Assembly (NCBI RefSeq): GCF_000039765.1
Contig: NC_004459.3
Coordinates: 3,136,104-3,168,103, forward strand
Length of the DNA: 32,000 nucleotides
Direction of reading: 5' to 3'
From: Vibrio vulnificus CMCP6
GTDB taxonomy: Bacteria; Pseudomonadota; Gammaproteobacteria; Enterobacterales; Vibrionaceae
Shown here: piece after piece, positions 1 through 9,807 of the stretch
Position numbering within the stretch: position 1 is the stretch's first letter
Layout of the letters: every line of letters begins with the position of its first letter
Program-made: the position numbers and the translations under genes
The notes under the pieces: model-generated
The model's input: the letters and a program-made list of their open reading frames with translations, nothing else
What the model was told of the DNA's origin: nothing
The model's database searches: none

Positions 1-610
1 AACGCAAACCAATCAGGTGGAGATCTACCCCATTGCTGGTACTCGACGCCGTGGCAAGCGAGCCAATGGTGAGATCGATTTCGACCTCGATAGTCGAATT
101 GAACTCGAACTTCGCACTGACAAGAAAGAAAACGCCGAGCACATGATGTTGGTGGATCTCGCTCGAAATGATGTCGCACGCATTTCTCGCGCAGGGACAC
201 GCCACGTCGCCGATTTACTTAAAGTGGACCGCTACAGCCATGTGATGCACTTGGTCTCACGCGTTGTTGGACAATTACGTGACGATCTTGACGCACTACA
301 CGCCTACCAAGCGTGTATGAATATGGGCACATTAACGGGCGCTCCGAAAATTCGTGCCATGCAATTGATTCGTGATGTTGAAGGGGCTCGCCGTGGCAGT
401 TACGGTGGGGCTGTCGGTTACCTCACTGGCGAAGGGACACTGGATACCTGTATCGTGATTCGTTCGGCTTACGTTGAAAACGGCATTGCACAAGTGCAAG
501 CCGGTGCCGGAGTGGTCTTTGATTCCGCCCCCCAAGCCGAAGCCGATGAGACGCGCGGCAAAGCTCAGGCAGTCATCTCTGCCATTCAGAAAGCCCACAA
601 GGAGTCGTAA
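1..610 (+). CDS. trpE: Anthranilate synthase component I, C-terminal part (truncated by window start)
   Basis: Frame is open from base 2; chorismate-binding motifs [31 protein letters not shown] and [15 protein letters not shown]; followed directly by trpG. Confidence 0.97.
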   Translation, partial: TQTNQVEIYPIAGTRRRGKRANGEIDFDLDSRIELELRTDKKENAEHMMLVDLARNDVARISRAGTRHVADLLKVDRYSHVMHLVSRVVGQLRDDLDALHAYQACMNMGTLTGAPKIRAMQLIRDVEGARRGSYGGAVGYLTGEGTLDTCIVIRSAYVENGIAQVQAGAGVVFDSAPQAEADETRGKAQAVISAIQKAHKES

Positions 611-612
611 AG

Positions 613-1191
613 ATGGCGGACATTGTATTTATCGATAACTTCGATTCATTTACCTACAACTTGGTTGATCAGTTCCGCTCTTTAGGCCACCAAGTAAAGA
701 TTTACCGCAATAGTATTGCCACAGACACTATTGTAGACGCGATTGAGCAACTCGAGCGCCCAGTGGTGCTGCTCTCTCCAGGGCCAGGCGCGCCATCAGA
801 GGCGGGCTGTATGCCAGAGTTAATTGCTCGCGTCAAAGGCAAAGTCCCAGTGATTGGCATTTGTCTCGGCCATCAGGCAATTGTGGAAGCCTACGGCGGC
901 ACCGTGGCTGGCGCAGGCGAGATCATCCATGGCAAAGTCTCGATGATGGAGCACCAAAGCCATGCGATTTATCAAGGGTTGCCATCCCCACTGGCTATTG
1001 CGCGCTACCACTCGTTGGTGGCAACACACGTACCGCAAACACTGACCGTAACCGCCGAAGTGAATGGCCTTGTTATGTCGGTGGTTAACGAAGAAGACAA
1101 AGTGTGCGGTTTTCAATTTCACCCAGAGTCCATCATGACGACACAAGGTGCGACGTTGTTAGCCAACGCGATTAACTGGGCATTAGCATAA
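613..1191 (+). CDS. trpG: Anthranilate synthase component II, glutamine amidotransferase
   Basis: DNFDSFTYNLVDQF, SPGPGAPSEAG, GICLGHQAI, FQFHPESIMT amidotransferase motifs; operon context. Confidence 0.96.
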   Translation: MADIVFIDNFDSFTYNLVDQFRSLGHQVKIYRNSIATDTIVDAIEQLERPVVLLSPGPGAPSEAGCMPELIARVKGKVPVIGICLGHQAIVEAYGGTVAGAGEIIHGKVSMMEHQSHAIYQGLPSPLAIARYHSLVATHVPQTLTVTAEVNGLVMSVVNEEDKVCGFQFHPESIMTTQGATLLANAINWALA

Positions 1192-1209
1192 GGATTGGGA
1201 GAAAAGATT

Positions 1210-2208
1210 ATGGAAGCCATCATCAACAAACTGTATCAGCAAGCATCTCTGACAGAGCAAGAGAGCCAACAACTTTTCGACACCATTATTCGCGGCGAGT
1301 TAGACCCCATTCTCATGGCTTCGGCCCTAACCGCACTGAAAATCAAAGGGGAAACACCCGATGAAATTGCCGGTGCAGCCAAAGCATTACTTGCCAATGC
1401 GCAACCTTTCCCGCGTCCTGATTACGATTTTGCCGACATCGTGGGCACGGGTGGCGATGGCCACAACACCATCAATATCTCGACAACCGCAGCCTTTGTG
1501 GCCGCAGCCTGTGGGTTGAAAGTCGCTAAGCATGGCAATCGCAGCGTTTCAAGTAAATCTGGCTCTTCCGATCTACTTGATTCATTTGGCATCAACCTCG
1601 CGATGAGTGCAGAAGATACTCGCTCAGCCGTCGATAACATTGGCGTCGCCTTTTTGTTTGCACCTCAATACCATAGCGGTGTGAAGCATGCGATGCCTGT
1701 GCGCCAAACCATGAAAACGCGCACCATCTTCAACATCTTAGGCCCTTTGATTAACCCTGCGCGCCCTAACATCGAACTGATGGGTGTATACAGCCAAGAA
1801 CTGGTTCGCCCTATCGCAGAAACCATGTTGAAAATGGGCATGAAACGCGCCGCGGTCGTGCATGGCAGCGGCTTGGATGAAGTCGCTATTCATGGCGACA
1901 CCTTGGTCGCAGAAATCAAAGATGGCGTGATTCACGAATACACTCTCACCCCAGCCGACTTTGGCGTCAATACACATCCATTGGAAGCGATTAAGGGTGG
2001 TGATCCGGAGGAAAACAAAGCCATCATCACTCACTTACTCACCGGAAAAGGAACGGAAGCTCAATTGAGTGCCGTTGCCGTCAACGTCGCCCTGCTCATG
2101 CGTCTTTTTGGTCATGAGGATCTTAAAGCCAATACGCAACAAGCGATCGACGTAATGAACTCTGGTAAAGCGTATCAACTGGTCGAAAAATTGGCTCAAC
2201 ACGCCTGA
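1210..2208 (+). CDS. trpD: Anthranilate phosphoribosyltransferase
   Basis: DIVGTGGDGHNTINIST, KHGNRSVSSKSGSSD, GPLINPARP motifs; ORF opens at 1195 but MEAIINKLYQQ at 1210 is the likelier start. Confidence 0.96.
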   Translation: MEAIINKLYQQASLTEQESQQLFDTIIRGELDPILMASALTALKIKGETPDEIAGAAKALLANAQPFPRPDYDFADIVGTGGDGHNTINISTTAAFVAAACGLKVAKHGNRSVSSKSGSSDLLDSFGINLAMSAEDTRSAVDNIGVAFLFAPQYHSGVKHAMPVRQTMKTRTIFNILGPLINPARPNIELMGVYSQELVRPIAETMLKMGMKRAAVVHGSGLDEVAIHGDTLVAEIKDGVIHEYTLTPADFGVNTHPLEAIKGGDPEENKAIITHLLTGKGTEAQLSAVAVNVALLMRLFGHEDLKANTQQAIDVMNSGKAYQLVEKLAQHA

Positions 2209-2213
2209 GGTTT

Positions 2214-3644
2214 ATGATGACAAACAGCAACGAAAAACTGTCAGAACACGTTTCTCTGCAGGAAGCACAAATGGCGGAAGTCCTAGCCAAGATAGTTCGC
2301 GATAAATACCAGTGGGTAGCCGAGCGTAAACACGCGCAACCATTGGCCAGTTTTCAAGCCACATTGACACCATCGGATCGCAGCTTTTACCAAGCCTTGC
2401 GGGGCCAACGCACGGTATTCATTACCGAATGTAAGAAAGCCTCCCCATCAAAGGGATTGATCCGTGAAGATTTCGACTTGGATTACATCGCGTCGGTGTA
2501 CAACCACCACGCAGATGCGATTTCGGTACTCACCGATGAGAAATACTTCCAAGGCAGCTTCGACTTTCTGCCCCGAGTGCGTCAGCAAGTGCGCCAGCCT
2601 GTGTTGTGTAAAGATTTTATGGTCGATAGCTATCAAGTTTATCTCGCTCGTCACTATCAAGCCGACGCCATTTTATTGATGTTGTCAGTCCTCAATGACG
2701 AGCAATATCAAACACTGGCAGATGTTGCCCACCAGTTGCAAATGGGTGTGCTGACAGAAATCAGTAATGACGAAGAGCTTGAGCGTGCTGTGAAGCTGGG
2801 GGCGAAGGTGATTGGCATTAACAACCGCAACTTACGTGACCTCACCACCGATTTGAATCGCACCAAAGTACTCGCGCCAACTTTGCGTCGCCTAGCACCA
2901 GAAGCGATTGTGATCTCGGAATCGGGCATTTACACCCACCAGCAAGTGCGCGATCTCGCCCAATACGCTGATGGCTTTTTGATCGGTAGCTCACTGATGG
3001 CAGAAAAAAACCTCGAGCTCGCGGTACGTAAAGTGACACTGGGTGAAAACAAAGTCTGTGGTCTCACTCATCCGGAGGAAGCCGCCAAAGCCTATCAAGC
3101 TGGCGCTGTCTTTGGTGGTTTGATTTTTGTAGAGCAATCCAAACGTGCTGTAAATATAGAGCAGGCAAGACTGACGATGAGTGGCGCTCCGCTCAATTAT
3201 GTTGGCGTGTTCCAAAATCACCCCGTTACCTTGGTGGCCGAAACCGCAAACCAGCTGCAACTGCATGCGGTGCAATTACATGGCAACGAAGAAGCCGATT
3301 ACATCGCACAACTGCGCAAGCAACTCAACGAATCGATTGAGATTTGGAAAGCCTATGGCGTGACCGACCAAGCACCGACTCTACTTACTCAAGATGTTGA
3401 TCGTCATCTTTTCGATGCGCAAGTCGGCCAACAAAGCGGTGGAACAGGGACTACGTTTGATTGGGCTTTATTGGATGATCCAAGCCATATCATGTTGGCT
3501 GGCGGTCTCAATCCAGACAATGCACAAAAGGCAGCAAGCCTTGGATGTTTAGGACTGGATTTAAACTCTGGTGTTGAAGAAAGCCCTGGGAAAAAAGATC
3601 TGACGAAGCTGCAGCAAGCGTTTGCAGCCATCCGAAATTATTGA
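2214..3644 (+). CDS. trpCF: Bifunctional indole-3-glycerol phosphate synthase / phosphoribosylanthranilate isomerase
   Basis: TrpC part (ECKKASPSKGLIRED, VIGINNRNLRDL, SESGI) fused to TrpF part (VCGLTHPEEA, LAGGLNPDNA, GLDLNSGVEESPGKKD). Confidence 0.95.
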   Translation: MMTNSNEKLSEHVSLQEAQMAEVLAKIVRDKYQWVAERKHAQPLASFQATLTPSDRSFYQALRGQRTVFITECKKASPSKGLIREDFDLDYIASVYNHHADAISVLTDEKYFQGSFDFLPRVRQQVRQPVLCKDFMVDSYQVYLARHYQADAILLMLSVLNDEQYQTLADVAHQLQMGVLTEISNDEELERAVKLGAKVIGINNRNLRDLTTDLNRTKVLAPTLRRLAPEAIVISESGIYTHQQVRDLAQYADGFLIGSSLMAEKNLELAVRKVTLGENKVCGLTHPEEAAKAYQAGAVFGGLIFVEQSKRAVNIEQARLTMSGAPLNYVGVFQNHPVTLVAETANQLQLHAVQLHGNEEADYIAQLRKQLNESIEIWKAYGVTDQAPTLLTQDVDRHLFDAQVGQQSGGTGTTFDWALLDDPSHIMLAGGLNPDNAQKAASLGCLGLDLNSGVEESPGKKDLTKLQQAFAAIRNY

Positions 3645-3719
3645 TATTGATGATCTGAACCTGAGGTTCAGTGAAGAACAAATTCTGGCACATAGCCAAA
3701 CACAATTAAGGAAGCAAAC

Positions 3720-4910
3720 ATGACTAAGTTAAATGCCTACTTTGGCGAATACGGCGGTCAGTACGTACCTCAGATTCTGGTACCCGCATTAGAGCAGCTC
3801 GAGCAAGCGTTCATTGACGCCCAAGAAGACCCAGATTTCCGCAGTGAGTTTATGGGGTTACTCCAAGAATACGCAGGCCGCCCAACCGCACTGACGCTGA
3901 CGCGCAATCTAACCAAAGGCACCAAAACCAAACTGTACCTAAAACGTGAAGATTTACTGCACGGTGGCGCGCACAAAACCAACCAAGTACTTGGTCAAGC
4001 ACTGTTGGCTAAACGCATGGGCAAAAACGAAATCATTGCTGAAACGGGCGCAGGCCAACATGGCGTTGCCACTGCACTTGCCTGCGCACTACTGGGCTTG
4101 AAGTGTCGCGTGTACATGGGAGCAAAAGACGTCGAGCGCCAAAGTCCTAACGTGTTTCGTATGAAGTTAATGGGCGCGACGGTGATTCCGGTGCACTCAG
4201 GTTCCGCCACACTGAAAGACGCATGTAATGAAGCATTGCGTGATTGGTCTGGTAGCTATGAAACCGCCCACTACTTATTGGGCACTGCCGCGGGTCCCCA
4301 CCCTTTCCCAACCATCGTACGTGAGTTCCAACGTATGATTGGTGAAGAAACGAAGAATCAGATCCTCGCACGTGAAGGACGCCTGCCTGATGCAGTGATT
4401 GCTTGTGTGGGTGGCGGCTCAAACGCCATCGGTATGTTCGCCGACTTTATCGAAGAAGAAACGGTTCGCCTGATTGGTGTTGAACCTGCGGGCAAAGGCA
4501 TTGATACCGACCAACATGGCGCGCCCTTAAAACATGGCAAAACTGGCATTTTCTTTGGTATGAAAGCGCCACTCATGCAAGATGAAAACGGCCAAGTCGA
4601 AGAGTCATACTCCGTTTCCGCAGGTCTCGATTTCCCATCAGTGGGTCCTCAACACGCTCACCTTAATGCCATTGGTCGCGCTGAATACGACAGCATCACC
4701 GATGATGAAGCGCTTGATGCGTTCCAAGAGTTGGCAAGAAGTGAGGGTATTATTCCTGCGTTAGAATCGTCTCACGCTTTGGCACATGCGCTGAAAATGG
4801 CCCGCAACAACCCAGAGAAAGAGCAGTTGTTGGTCGTTAACCTATCTGGTCGAGGTGACAAAGACATCTTTACCGTTCATGCCATTTTAGAAGAAAAAGG
4901 AGCAATCTAA
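3720..4910 (+). CDS. trpB: Tryptophan synthase beta subunit
   Basis: [26 protein letters not shown] (PLP lysine), [27 protein letters not shown]. Confidence 0.98.
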   Translation: MTKLNAYFGEYGGQYVPQILVPALEQLEQAFIDAQEDPDFRSEFMGLLQEYAGRPTALTLTRNLTKGTKTKLYLKREDLLHGGAHKTNQVLGQALLAKRMGKNEIIAETGAGQHGVATALACALLGLKCRVYMGAKDVERQSPNVFRMKLMGATVIPVHSGSATLKDACNEALRDWSGSYETAHYLLGTAAGPHPFPTIVREFQRMIGEETKNQILAREGRLPDAVIACVGGGSNAIGMFADFIEEETVRLIGVEPAGKGIDTDQHGAPLKHGKTGIFFGMKAPLMQDENGQVEESYSVSAGLDFPSVGPQHAHLNAIGRAEYDSITDDEALDAFQELARSEGIIPALESSHALAHALKMARNNPEKEQLLVVNLSGRGDKDIFTVHAILEEKGAI

Positions 4911-5716
4911 TGGACCGTTATCAAGCGACATTTGAGCGCCTCGCCGCGCAAAAACAAGGTGCCTTTGTTCCTTTTGTTACCGTGTGTGACCCTAACCCTG
5001 AACTCTCACTCAAGATCATGGATACCTTAGTTAAAGCGGGTGCCGATGCTCTTGAACTTGGCATTCCATTTTCTGATCCATTGGCCGACGGCCCAACGAT
5101 CCAAGGCGCAAATATTCGCGCGCTGGATTCAGGCGCAACACCTGATATCTGTTTTGATTTGATCGGACAAATCCGAGCTAAATACCCAGATCTACCGATT
5201 GGCCTGTTGATGTACGCAAACTTGGTCTATTCACGTGGTATCGAGAATTTCTACCAACGTTGCGCTCAAGCAGGCATTGATTCTGTGTTGATCGCCGATG
5301 TCCCAACGAACGAAAGTGCAGAGTTTGTCGCGGCAGCCGAAAAGTTTGGTGTACATCCAATCTTTATCGCACCACCAACGGCCAGTGATGAAACACTAAA
5401 ACAGGTTTCACAACTGGGTGGCGGTTATACCTATCTTCTCTCTCGAGCGGGGGTCACAGGAGCTGAAACAAAAGCCAACATGCCTGTGGGTGATATGCTT
5501 GCGAAGCTAGAACAATTTAATGCGCCACCTGCACTGTTGGGCTTTGGTATATCAGAGCCTGAACAAGTCAAACAGGCTATCGATGCGGGTGCGGCAGGTG
5601 CCATTTCAGGCTCTGCAGTGGTCAAAATCATCGAAAGTCACCTCAATGAACCTGACGCGATGTTAACGGCACTGGCAAACTTTGTTTCCAACATGAAGTC
5701 TGCAACACAAAAGTAA
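4910..5716 (+). CDS. trpA: Tryptophan synthase alpha subunit
   Basis: [42 protein letters not shown]; start overlaps trpB stop (TAATG). Confidence 0.97.
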   Translation: MDRYQATFERLAAQKQGAFVPFVTVCDPNPELSLKIMDTLVKAGADALELGIPFSDPLADGPTIQGANIRALDSGATPDICFDLIGQIRAKYPDLPIGLLMYANLVYSRGIENFYQRCAQAGIDSVLIADVPTNESAEFVAAAEKFGVHPIFIAPPTASDETLKQVSQLGGGYTYLLSRAGVTGAETKANMPVGDMLAKLEQFNAPPALLGFGISEPEQVKQAIDAGAAGAISGSAVVKIIESHLNEPDAMLTALANFVSNMKSATQK

Positions 5717-5741
5717 CGTGGTAGACATCTAAACATCTATG

Positions 5742-5783
5742 AGATCGATTTCTTATCCACTAGTAGAAATCGATCTTTTTTTT
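5742..5783 (+). terminator. trp operon rho-independent terminator
   Basis: 12-bp perfect stem AGATCGATTTCT (5742-5753) / AGAAATCGATCT (5765-5776) followed by a T run. Confidence 0.93.
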
Positions 5784-6056
5784 AACATTCCAACTCACTT
5801 CCACCCCAGCTTATAAACGAGCCATCACTCAATAAAATGCCACCGTTATATAAGACCAAGCTATAGCAAACGTTTGCTTTCTGCTTAAAAAATTGTCAAT
5901 CGTCAATAAAACGCCTGATATTCACGCCCTCGCTTCTTATCCCATATTGCTAAATGTGAAATAAACGTGTAAAAATCTGATCGAATATTTATCCAAAGAA
6001 CACTTTTTCGTTCAGTGGGTAATTCTGGATTTTTAATATTTATTAGCACAGAGGTT

Positions 6057-7319
6057 ATGGAAGTGTTAAAAGAAAAGAGTTTGTTACGCAACATTGGTGT
6101 GCAGGTTGTCATCGCCATGATCGTGGGTACTGCCGTTGGTGCCTTGATGGGTGATAGCGCCTCTATGTTTGCTCCACTGGGGGCCATCTTCATCAACCTG
6201 ATCAAGATGCTGGTTATCCCTCTTGTTGCTGTTGCCCTAATTTCTGGCGCAGCGGGCCTAGGCAATAGTCAATCTGCTGGCAAGGTAGGTTTCGTGACAC
6301 TGGGTTACTTCGGTCTAACATCTGCACTTGCCGTTGCACTTGCCCTGTTCATGGGTGAAGTCTTCAAGCCGGGCATGGGTATCGATGTTTCCGGTGTCGA
6401 AGGCATGTTCTCTGCTGAGTACGCTTCTAAAGGTGAACTTCCTACTTTTTGGGCTACCATCACAGGTATGATCCCAACCAACGTTTTCCAGTCACTTAAT
6501 GAAGCCAACATCCTACAGATCCTCGTCTTCTGTCTATTTTTAGGTATCGCTATCTCTAAACAAGAGAAAGAGAAGCGTGAGCCAATCATGAATGGCGTAA
6601 ACTGCATTGTTGATTCCATGGTTTGGATGATCAACAAAGTGATGGTCATCGCGCCTCTCGGTGTATTTGGCCTGATGGCAGAAGCCGTAGGTACGTTTGG
6701 TTTTGGCGCCCTGATGGTGGTGTTTAAACTGTTTGTGGTTTACGTTGCGGCGATTCTTATTTTTGGTTTCGTAGCTTACCCACTGATGATTCAGCTGTTT
6801 ACTAAAACCTCTGCGAAGAAATTCATCAGTGCGATGAAAAAGCCACAAGCTGTTGCTCTGTCAACCGCTTCTTCAATGGCAACCCTGCCAGTCACCATGG
6901 ATACCGTTGAGAAAGAACTGGGTGTTCGCAACTCGACCGCATCTTTCGTTTTGCCTCTAGGCGCAACGATCAACATGTCTGGTAACGCCATTTACTACGG
7001 CCTCGTCGCGATCTTCTTTGCTCAGCTATTCAACATCGATTTGAGCATGGGTGCTTACATTGCCATCATTGTGACCGCAACGCTCGGCGCAGTAGGTCAA
7101 GCAGGTGTTCCTGGTCCTTCTTTCCTCGTTGTTGCCGTCCTGCTCGCAGCGGGCATTCCAATCGAAGGTCTACCACTGTTGTTCGCTCTTGACCGTATCT
7201 TCGATATGATTCGTACCGCGCTCAACATCACTGGTGATGCAGCGTGTGCCGTCATTGTCGATGCACTGCTTGATGAAGAAAATGAAAAACAAGCTGAGAT
7301 GAATAAGCAAGAAGCCTAA
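6057..7319 (+). CDS. Dicarboxylate/amino acid:cation symporter (DAACS / GltP-SstT superfamily)
   Basis: INLIKMLVIPLVAVALISG, TASSMATLPVTMDTVEKELGV, LPLGATINMSG, LDRIFDMIRTALNITGDAACAVIVD; ORF opens at 6015, ATG at 6057 preceded by GAGG is likelier. Confidence 0.92.
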   Translation: MEVLKEKSLLRNIGVQVVIAMIVGTAVGALMGDSASMFAPLGAIFINLIKMLVIPLVAVALISGAAGLGNSQSAGKVGFVTLGYFGLTSALAVALALFMGEVFKPGMGIDVSGVEGMFSAEYASKGELPTFWATITGMIPTNVFQSLNEANILQILVFCLFLGIAISKQEKEKREPIMNGVNCIVDSMVWMINKVMVIAPLGVFGLMAEAVGTFGFGALMVVFKLFVVYVAAILIFGFVAYPLMIQLFTKTSAKKFISAMKKPQAVALSTASSMATLPVTMDTVEKELGVRNSTASFVLPLGATINMSGNAIYYGLVAIFFAQLFNIDLSMGAYIAIIVTATLGAVGQAGVPGPSFLVVAVLLAAGIPIEGLPLLFALDRIFDMIRTALNITGDAACAVIVDALLDEENEKQAEMNKQEA

Positions 7320-7349
7320 TCGCAGTTTTTGCAAATTGATTCTCAAAAC

Positions 7350-7377
7350 GGGGTGACCAATGCGTTACCCCTTTTTT
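7350..7377 (+). terminator. Rho-independent terminator after the symporter gene
   Basis: GGGGTGAC / GTTACCCC stem (one G-U pair), 6-nt loop, then TTTTTT. Confidence 0.88.
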
Positions 7378-7503
7378 ATGCCTGCAGAAAGCGCCAAAGG
7401 CGGCAAACCGAAAGTGGCACTCATATTGCTTCTTGCTCATAACCATCAGAAGCGTCAAATTCATCACGCAGTTTGTGCTTCGACGCAGAATGAGGACAGC
7501 ATT

Positions 7504-7746
7504 ATGACGTTACATCGACGCACCTATTATGGCCTTATCCATCATGGCATGAAGGCACTACTGTTAGACCGCATTGGCCATTTTACCGAAGATGAGTATC
7601 ACCACTACCTTGGCATAACCACCGGCAAAACGACGTGCTTTTCAATGACTGACGACGAACTTGAGGTGACCGTTGAGAATCTTCGCACCGAAGGCTATTT
7701 GGAAGACATGAAACGTGTCATCGCCCAATTTCAGGGGGCAGCTTAA
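7504..7746 (+). CDS. Small protein resembling phage Mu gp16 / GemA (DUF1018) domain
   Basis: 80 aa from ATG at 7504 with AGGACAG upstream; LIHHGMKALLLD...YHHYLGITTGKTTCFSMTDDELEVTVENLRTEGY fits the GemA pattern as remembered (TGK-(T/S)-x3-MTDxEL). ORF track start 7360 overlaps the upstream terminator and is unlikely. Confidence 0.6.
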   Translation: MTLHRRTYYGLIHHGMKALLLDRIGHFTEDEYHHYLGITTGKTTCFSMTDDELEVTVENLRTEGYLEDMKRVIAQFQGAA

Positions 7747-7761
7747 GCGCGGCGAATCTTG

Positions 7762-7779
7762 GGAAGCCGCCGGGCTTCC
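7762..7779. other. GC-rich hairpin, possible weak terminator
   Basis: GGAAGCC gccg GGCTTCC just after the 7746 stop; no clear T tract on either strand. Confidence 0.3.
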
Positions 7780-7877
7780 TAAGCCTCCAATAACCCATCA
7801 TTTACTTTCAAGGCTTCACATTGAGCCAGTTTTGTTTAGACTGTGGGCAATTCAATCGACAGGAACCTTTTTGCCAC

Positions 7878-8441
7878 ATGAAGCAAATACTTGATTTTAT
7901 TCCTCTAATTATCTTTTTCGCCCTCTACAAGATGTATGATATCTATGTTGCAACAGGCGCTTTGATTGCAGCAACAGCCATTCAGATCGTTGTCACCTAC
8001 GCCTTGTACAAGAAAGTTGAGAAGATGCAGTTAATTACCTTCTTAATGGTGGCCATTTTTGGTGGCATGACCATTTTCCTGCATGACGACAACTTTATTA
8101 AGTGGAAAGTGACCATCGTCTACGCCGTGTTTGCCATTGGTTTGACGGTCAGCCATGTTATGGGCAAATCGGCCATCAAAGGCATGTTGGGCAAAGAGAT
8201 CACCTTGCCTGAGTCAGTATGGGCAAACATTAACTGGGCATGGGTTGGCTTTTTCACCTTTTGTGCAGGGCTGAATATCTATGTGGCCTACCAGCTTCCT
8301 TTAGATGTTTGGGTGAATTTTAAAGTCTTTGGTTTATTAGCGGCGACGTTGGTTTTTACCGTCCTCACTGGCGGCTATATTTATAAACATCTCCCTAAAG
8401 AACAAAATGGCCAGTCATCGGACGTGCCAACGGATGAATAA
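7878..8441 (+). CDS. yciB: Inner-membrane septation protein YciB (IspZ family)
   Basis: [29 protein letters not shown] and [22 protein letters not shown]; start refined to ATG 7878; paired with yciA. Confidence 0.92.
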   Translation: MKQILDFIPLIIFFALYKMYDIYVATGALIAATAIQIVVTYALYKKVEKMQLITFLMVAIFGGMTIFLHDDNFIKWKVTIVYAVFAIGLTVSHVMGKSAIKGMLGKEITLPESVWANINWAWVGFFTFCAGLNIYVAYQLPLDVWVNFKVFGLLAATLVFTVLTGGYIYKHLPKEQNGQSSDVPTDE

Positions 8442-8452
8442 ACTGCATTTTT

Positions 8453-8461
8453 TGCTATAAT
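8453..8461 (+). promoter_or_regulatory. Candidate extended -10 promoter for yciA
   Basis: TGCTATAAT (TGnTATAAT) at 8453-8461, about 60 bp upstream of the yciA ATG; poor -35. Confidence 0.5.
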
Positions 8462-8478
8462 CCTGTTCTTATTTTTCG

Positions 8479-8502
8479 CAGCGACCCTTTGGTCGCTGTT
8501 TT
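8479..8502 (+). terminator. Perfect hairpin plus T tract between yciB and yciA
   Basis: CAGCGACC cttt GGTCGCTG followed by TTTTG. Confidence 0.65.
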
Positions 8503-8521
8503 GTTTGTTGTGGATGTCAAA

Positions 8522-8920
8522 ATGAGTCAGGAATTTCACTCTCCAAAGGGTCAGTTACTGTTAAGAACCCTCGCCATGCCAGCCGATACCAATGCCAATG
8601 GGGATGTATTTGGCGGTTGGATCATGTCTCAGCTCGATCTCGCCGGTGGTATTTTGGCGAAAGAGATCTCGCACGGACGAATCGTCACTGTATCCGTGTC
8701 CGGAATTACCTTTAAAAAACCAGTCAGCGTGGGCGATGTCGTGTGTGTTTACGGTGAATGCACCAAAATTGGTCGCACTTCAATGTCGATTAATCTCGAG
8801 GTTTGGGTGAAGCCCGTACGCGACCACGGAATCGAAGATCGCTTTATGGTTTGCGATGCCACGTTTAACTATGTCGCCATTGATGCAGACGGCAAACCAC
8901 GGCCTATCGTTACGGCATAA
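8522..8920 (+). CDS. yciA: Acyl-CoA thioesterase (hotdog fold) YciA
   Basis: LLLRTLAMPADTNANGDVFGGWIMSQLDLAGG...VSGITFKKPVSVGDVVCVYG; start refined from 8489 to 8522. Confidence 0.93.
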   Translation: MSQEFHSPKGQLLLRTLAMPADTNANGDVFGGWIMSQLDLAGGILAKEISHGRIVTVSVSGITFKKPVSVGDVVCVYGECTKIGRTSMSINLEVWVKPVRDHGIEDRFMVCDATFNYVAIDADGKPRPIVTA

Positions 8921-9021
8921 ATTCCGTAGAGTTTCACAGTTTCTCGAATTTAGCTGTTCTAACTCCCTGTAATTGAGATAGATTAGGCCAAGTTAGTATC
9001 ACCATTAGAAAGGAAAAGAGA

Positions 9022-9318
9022 ATGTGGTATGTCATTTTTTCTCAGGACGTTGAGAATTCGTTGGAAAAACGCCTTAGTGTGCGCCCACAACACCTAGAGA
9101 GATTGCAAGCATTGCAAGACGAAGGACGTCTATTAACTGCAGGCCCGATGCCAGCCATCGACTCTGACAACCCTGGTGAAGCAGGTTTCACAGGTTCTAC
9201 CGTGATCGCTGAGTTTCCTTCTTTGCAAGAAGCTCAAGCCTGGGCGGATGCCGATCCTTATATCGCAGCGGGTGTTTATGCCAATGTGATCGTTAAACCT
9301 TTCAAGAAAGTGTTCTAA
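9022..9318 (+). CDS. yciI: YciI family protein
   Basis: [18 protein letters not shown]...[25 protein letters not shown]...[21 protein letters not shown]; AGAAAGGAAAAG RBS region. Confidence 0.92.
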   Translation: MWYVIFSQDVENSLEKRLSVRPQHLERLQALQDEGRLLTAGPMPAIDSDNPGEAGFTGSTVIAEFPSLQEAQAWADADPYIAAGVYANVIVKPFKKVF

Positions 9319-9710
9319 TGTTTAAAAAAGTACTCTCTGCATCGTTAGTGTTGTTGGCATTAGCGGGCTGTTCTTCAAATGGTGAGAAAGAGCGCCAATT
9401 AGAGCTCATGGCGTCTAACCGCGCTGGCGTACTCTCGGCGGGATTACCGATTGAATACGGTCCACTTAAAGTCATGCGTATTTCATCATCGAAAAACATT
9501 GTTGAGATCATGATGATCTACAACACCGACGCGACTGGTGCAAAACCGACACAAGAGCTGCTTTCCACCAGCGTAAGTAAATACTGTGAAGACGCAACCG
9601 TGCGAAACCAACTCGATATGGGGCTGATGTATCGCATCAAAATTCGCAACTCTCGTGGGCAACTGATCATCGATGAGATGGTGACGGCGGCTAGCTGTCA
9701 GCCACAATAG
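9318..9710 (+). CDS. Small outer-membrane lipoprotein, possibly GspS-beta/AspS-type T2SS pilotin
   Basis: Signal peptide with lipobox LALAGC; two downstream Cys residues (KYCEDATV, AASC); start overlaps yciI stop (TAATG). Similarity to the YghG/AspS type is by recollection. Confidence 0.85.
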   Translation: MFKKVLSASLVLLALAGCSSNGEKERQLELMASNRAGVLSAGLPIEYGPLKVMRISSSKNIVEIMMIYNTDATGAKPTQELLSTSVSKYCEDATVRNQLDMGLMYRIKIRNSRGQLIIDEMVTAASCQPQ

Positions 9711-9744
9711 CGGCTTGCTTCGAAAGCCGCGCTCAATAACAGCA

Positions 9745-9776
9745 AAAACGGAGGTCATGACCTCCGTTTTATTTAA
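9745..9776. terminator. Bidirectional terminator between convergent genes
   Basis: 26-bp perfect palindrome AAAACGGAGGTCATGACCTCCGTTTT (9745-9770) with A/T tracts on both sides. Confidence 0.9.
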
Positions 9777-9807
9777 GTTCACTTCACGACATCTGATCGC
9801 AAATTCC

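Noticed and set aside
5903-6265. 120-aa minus-strand ORF
   Set aside because: Overlaps the 5' end of the DAACS symporter antisense, with no recognisable motif or RBS.
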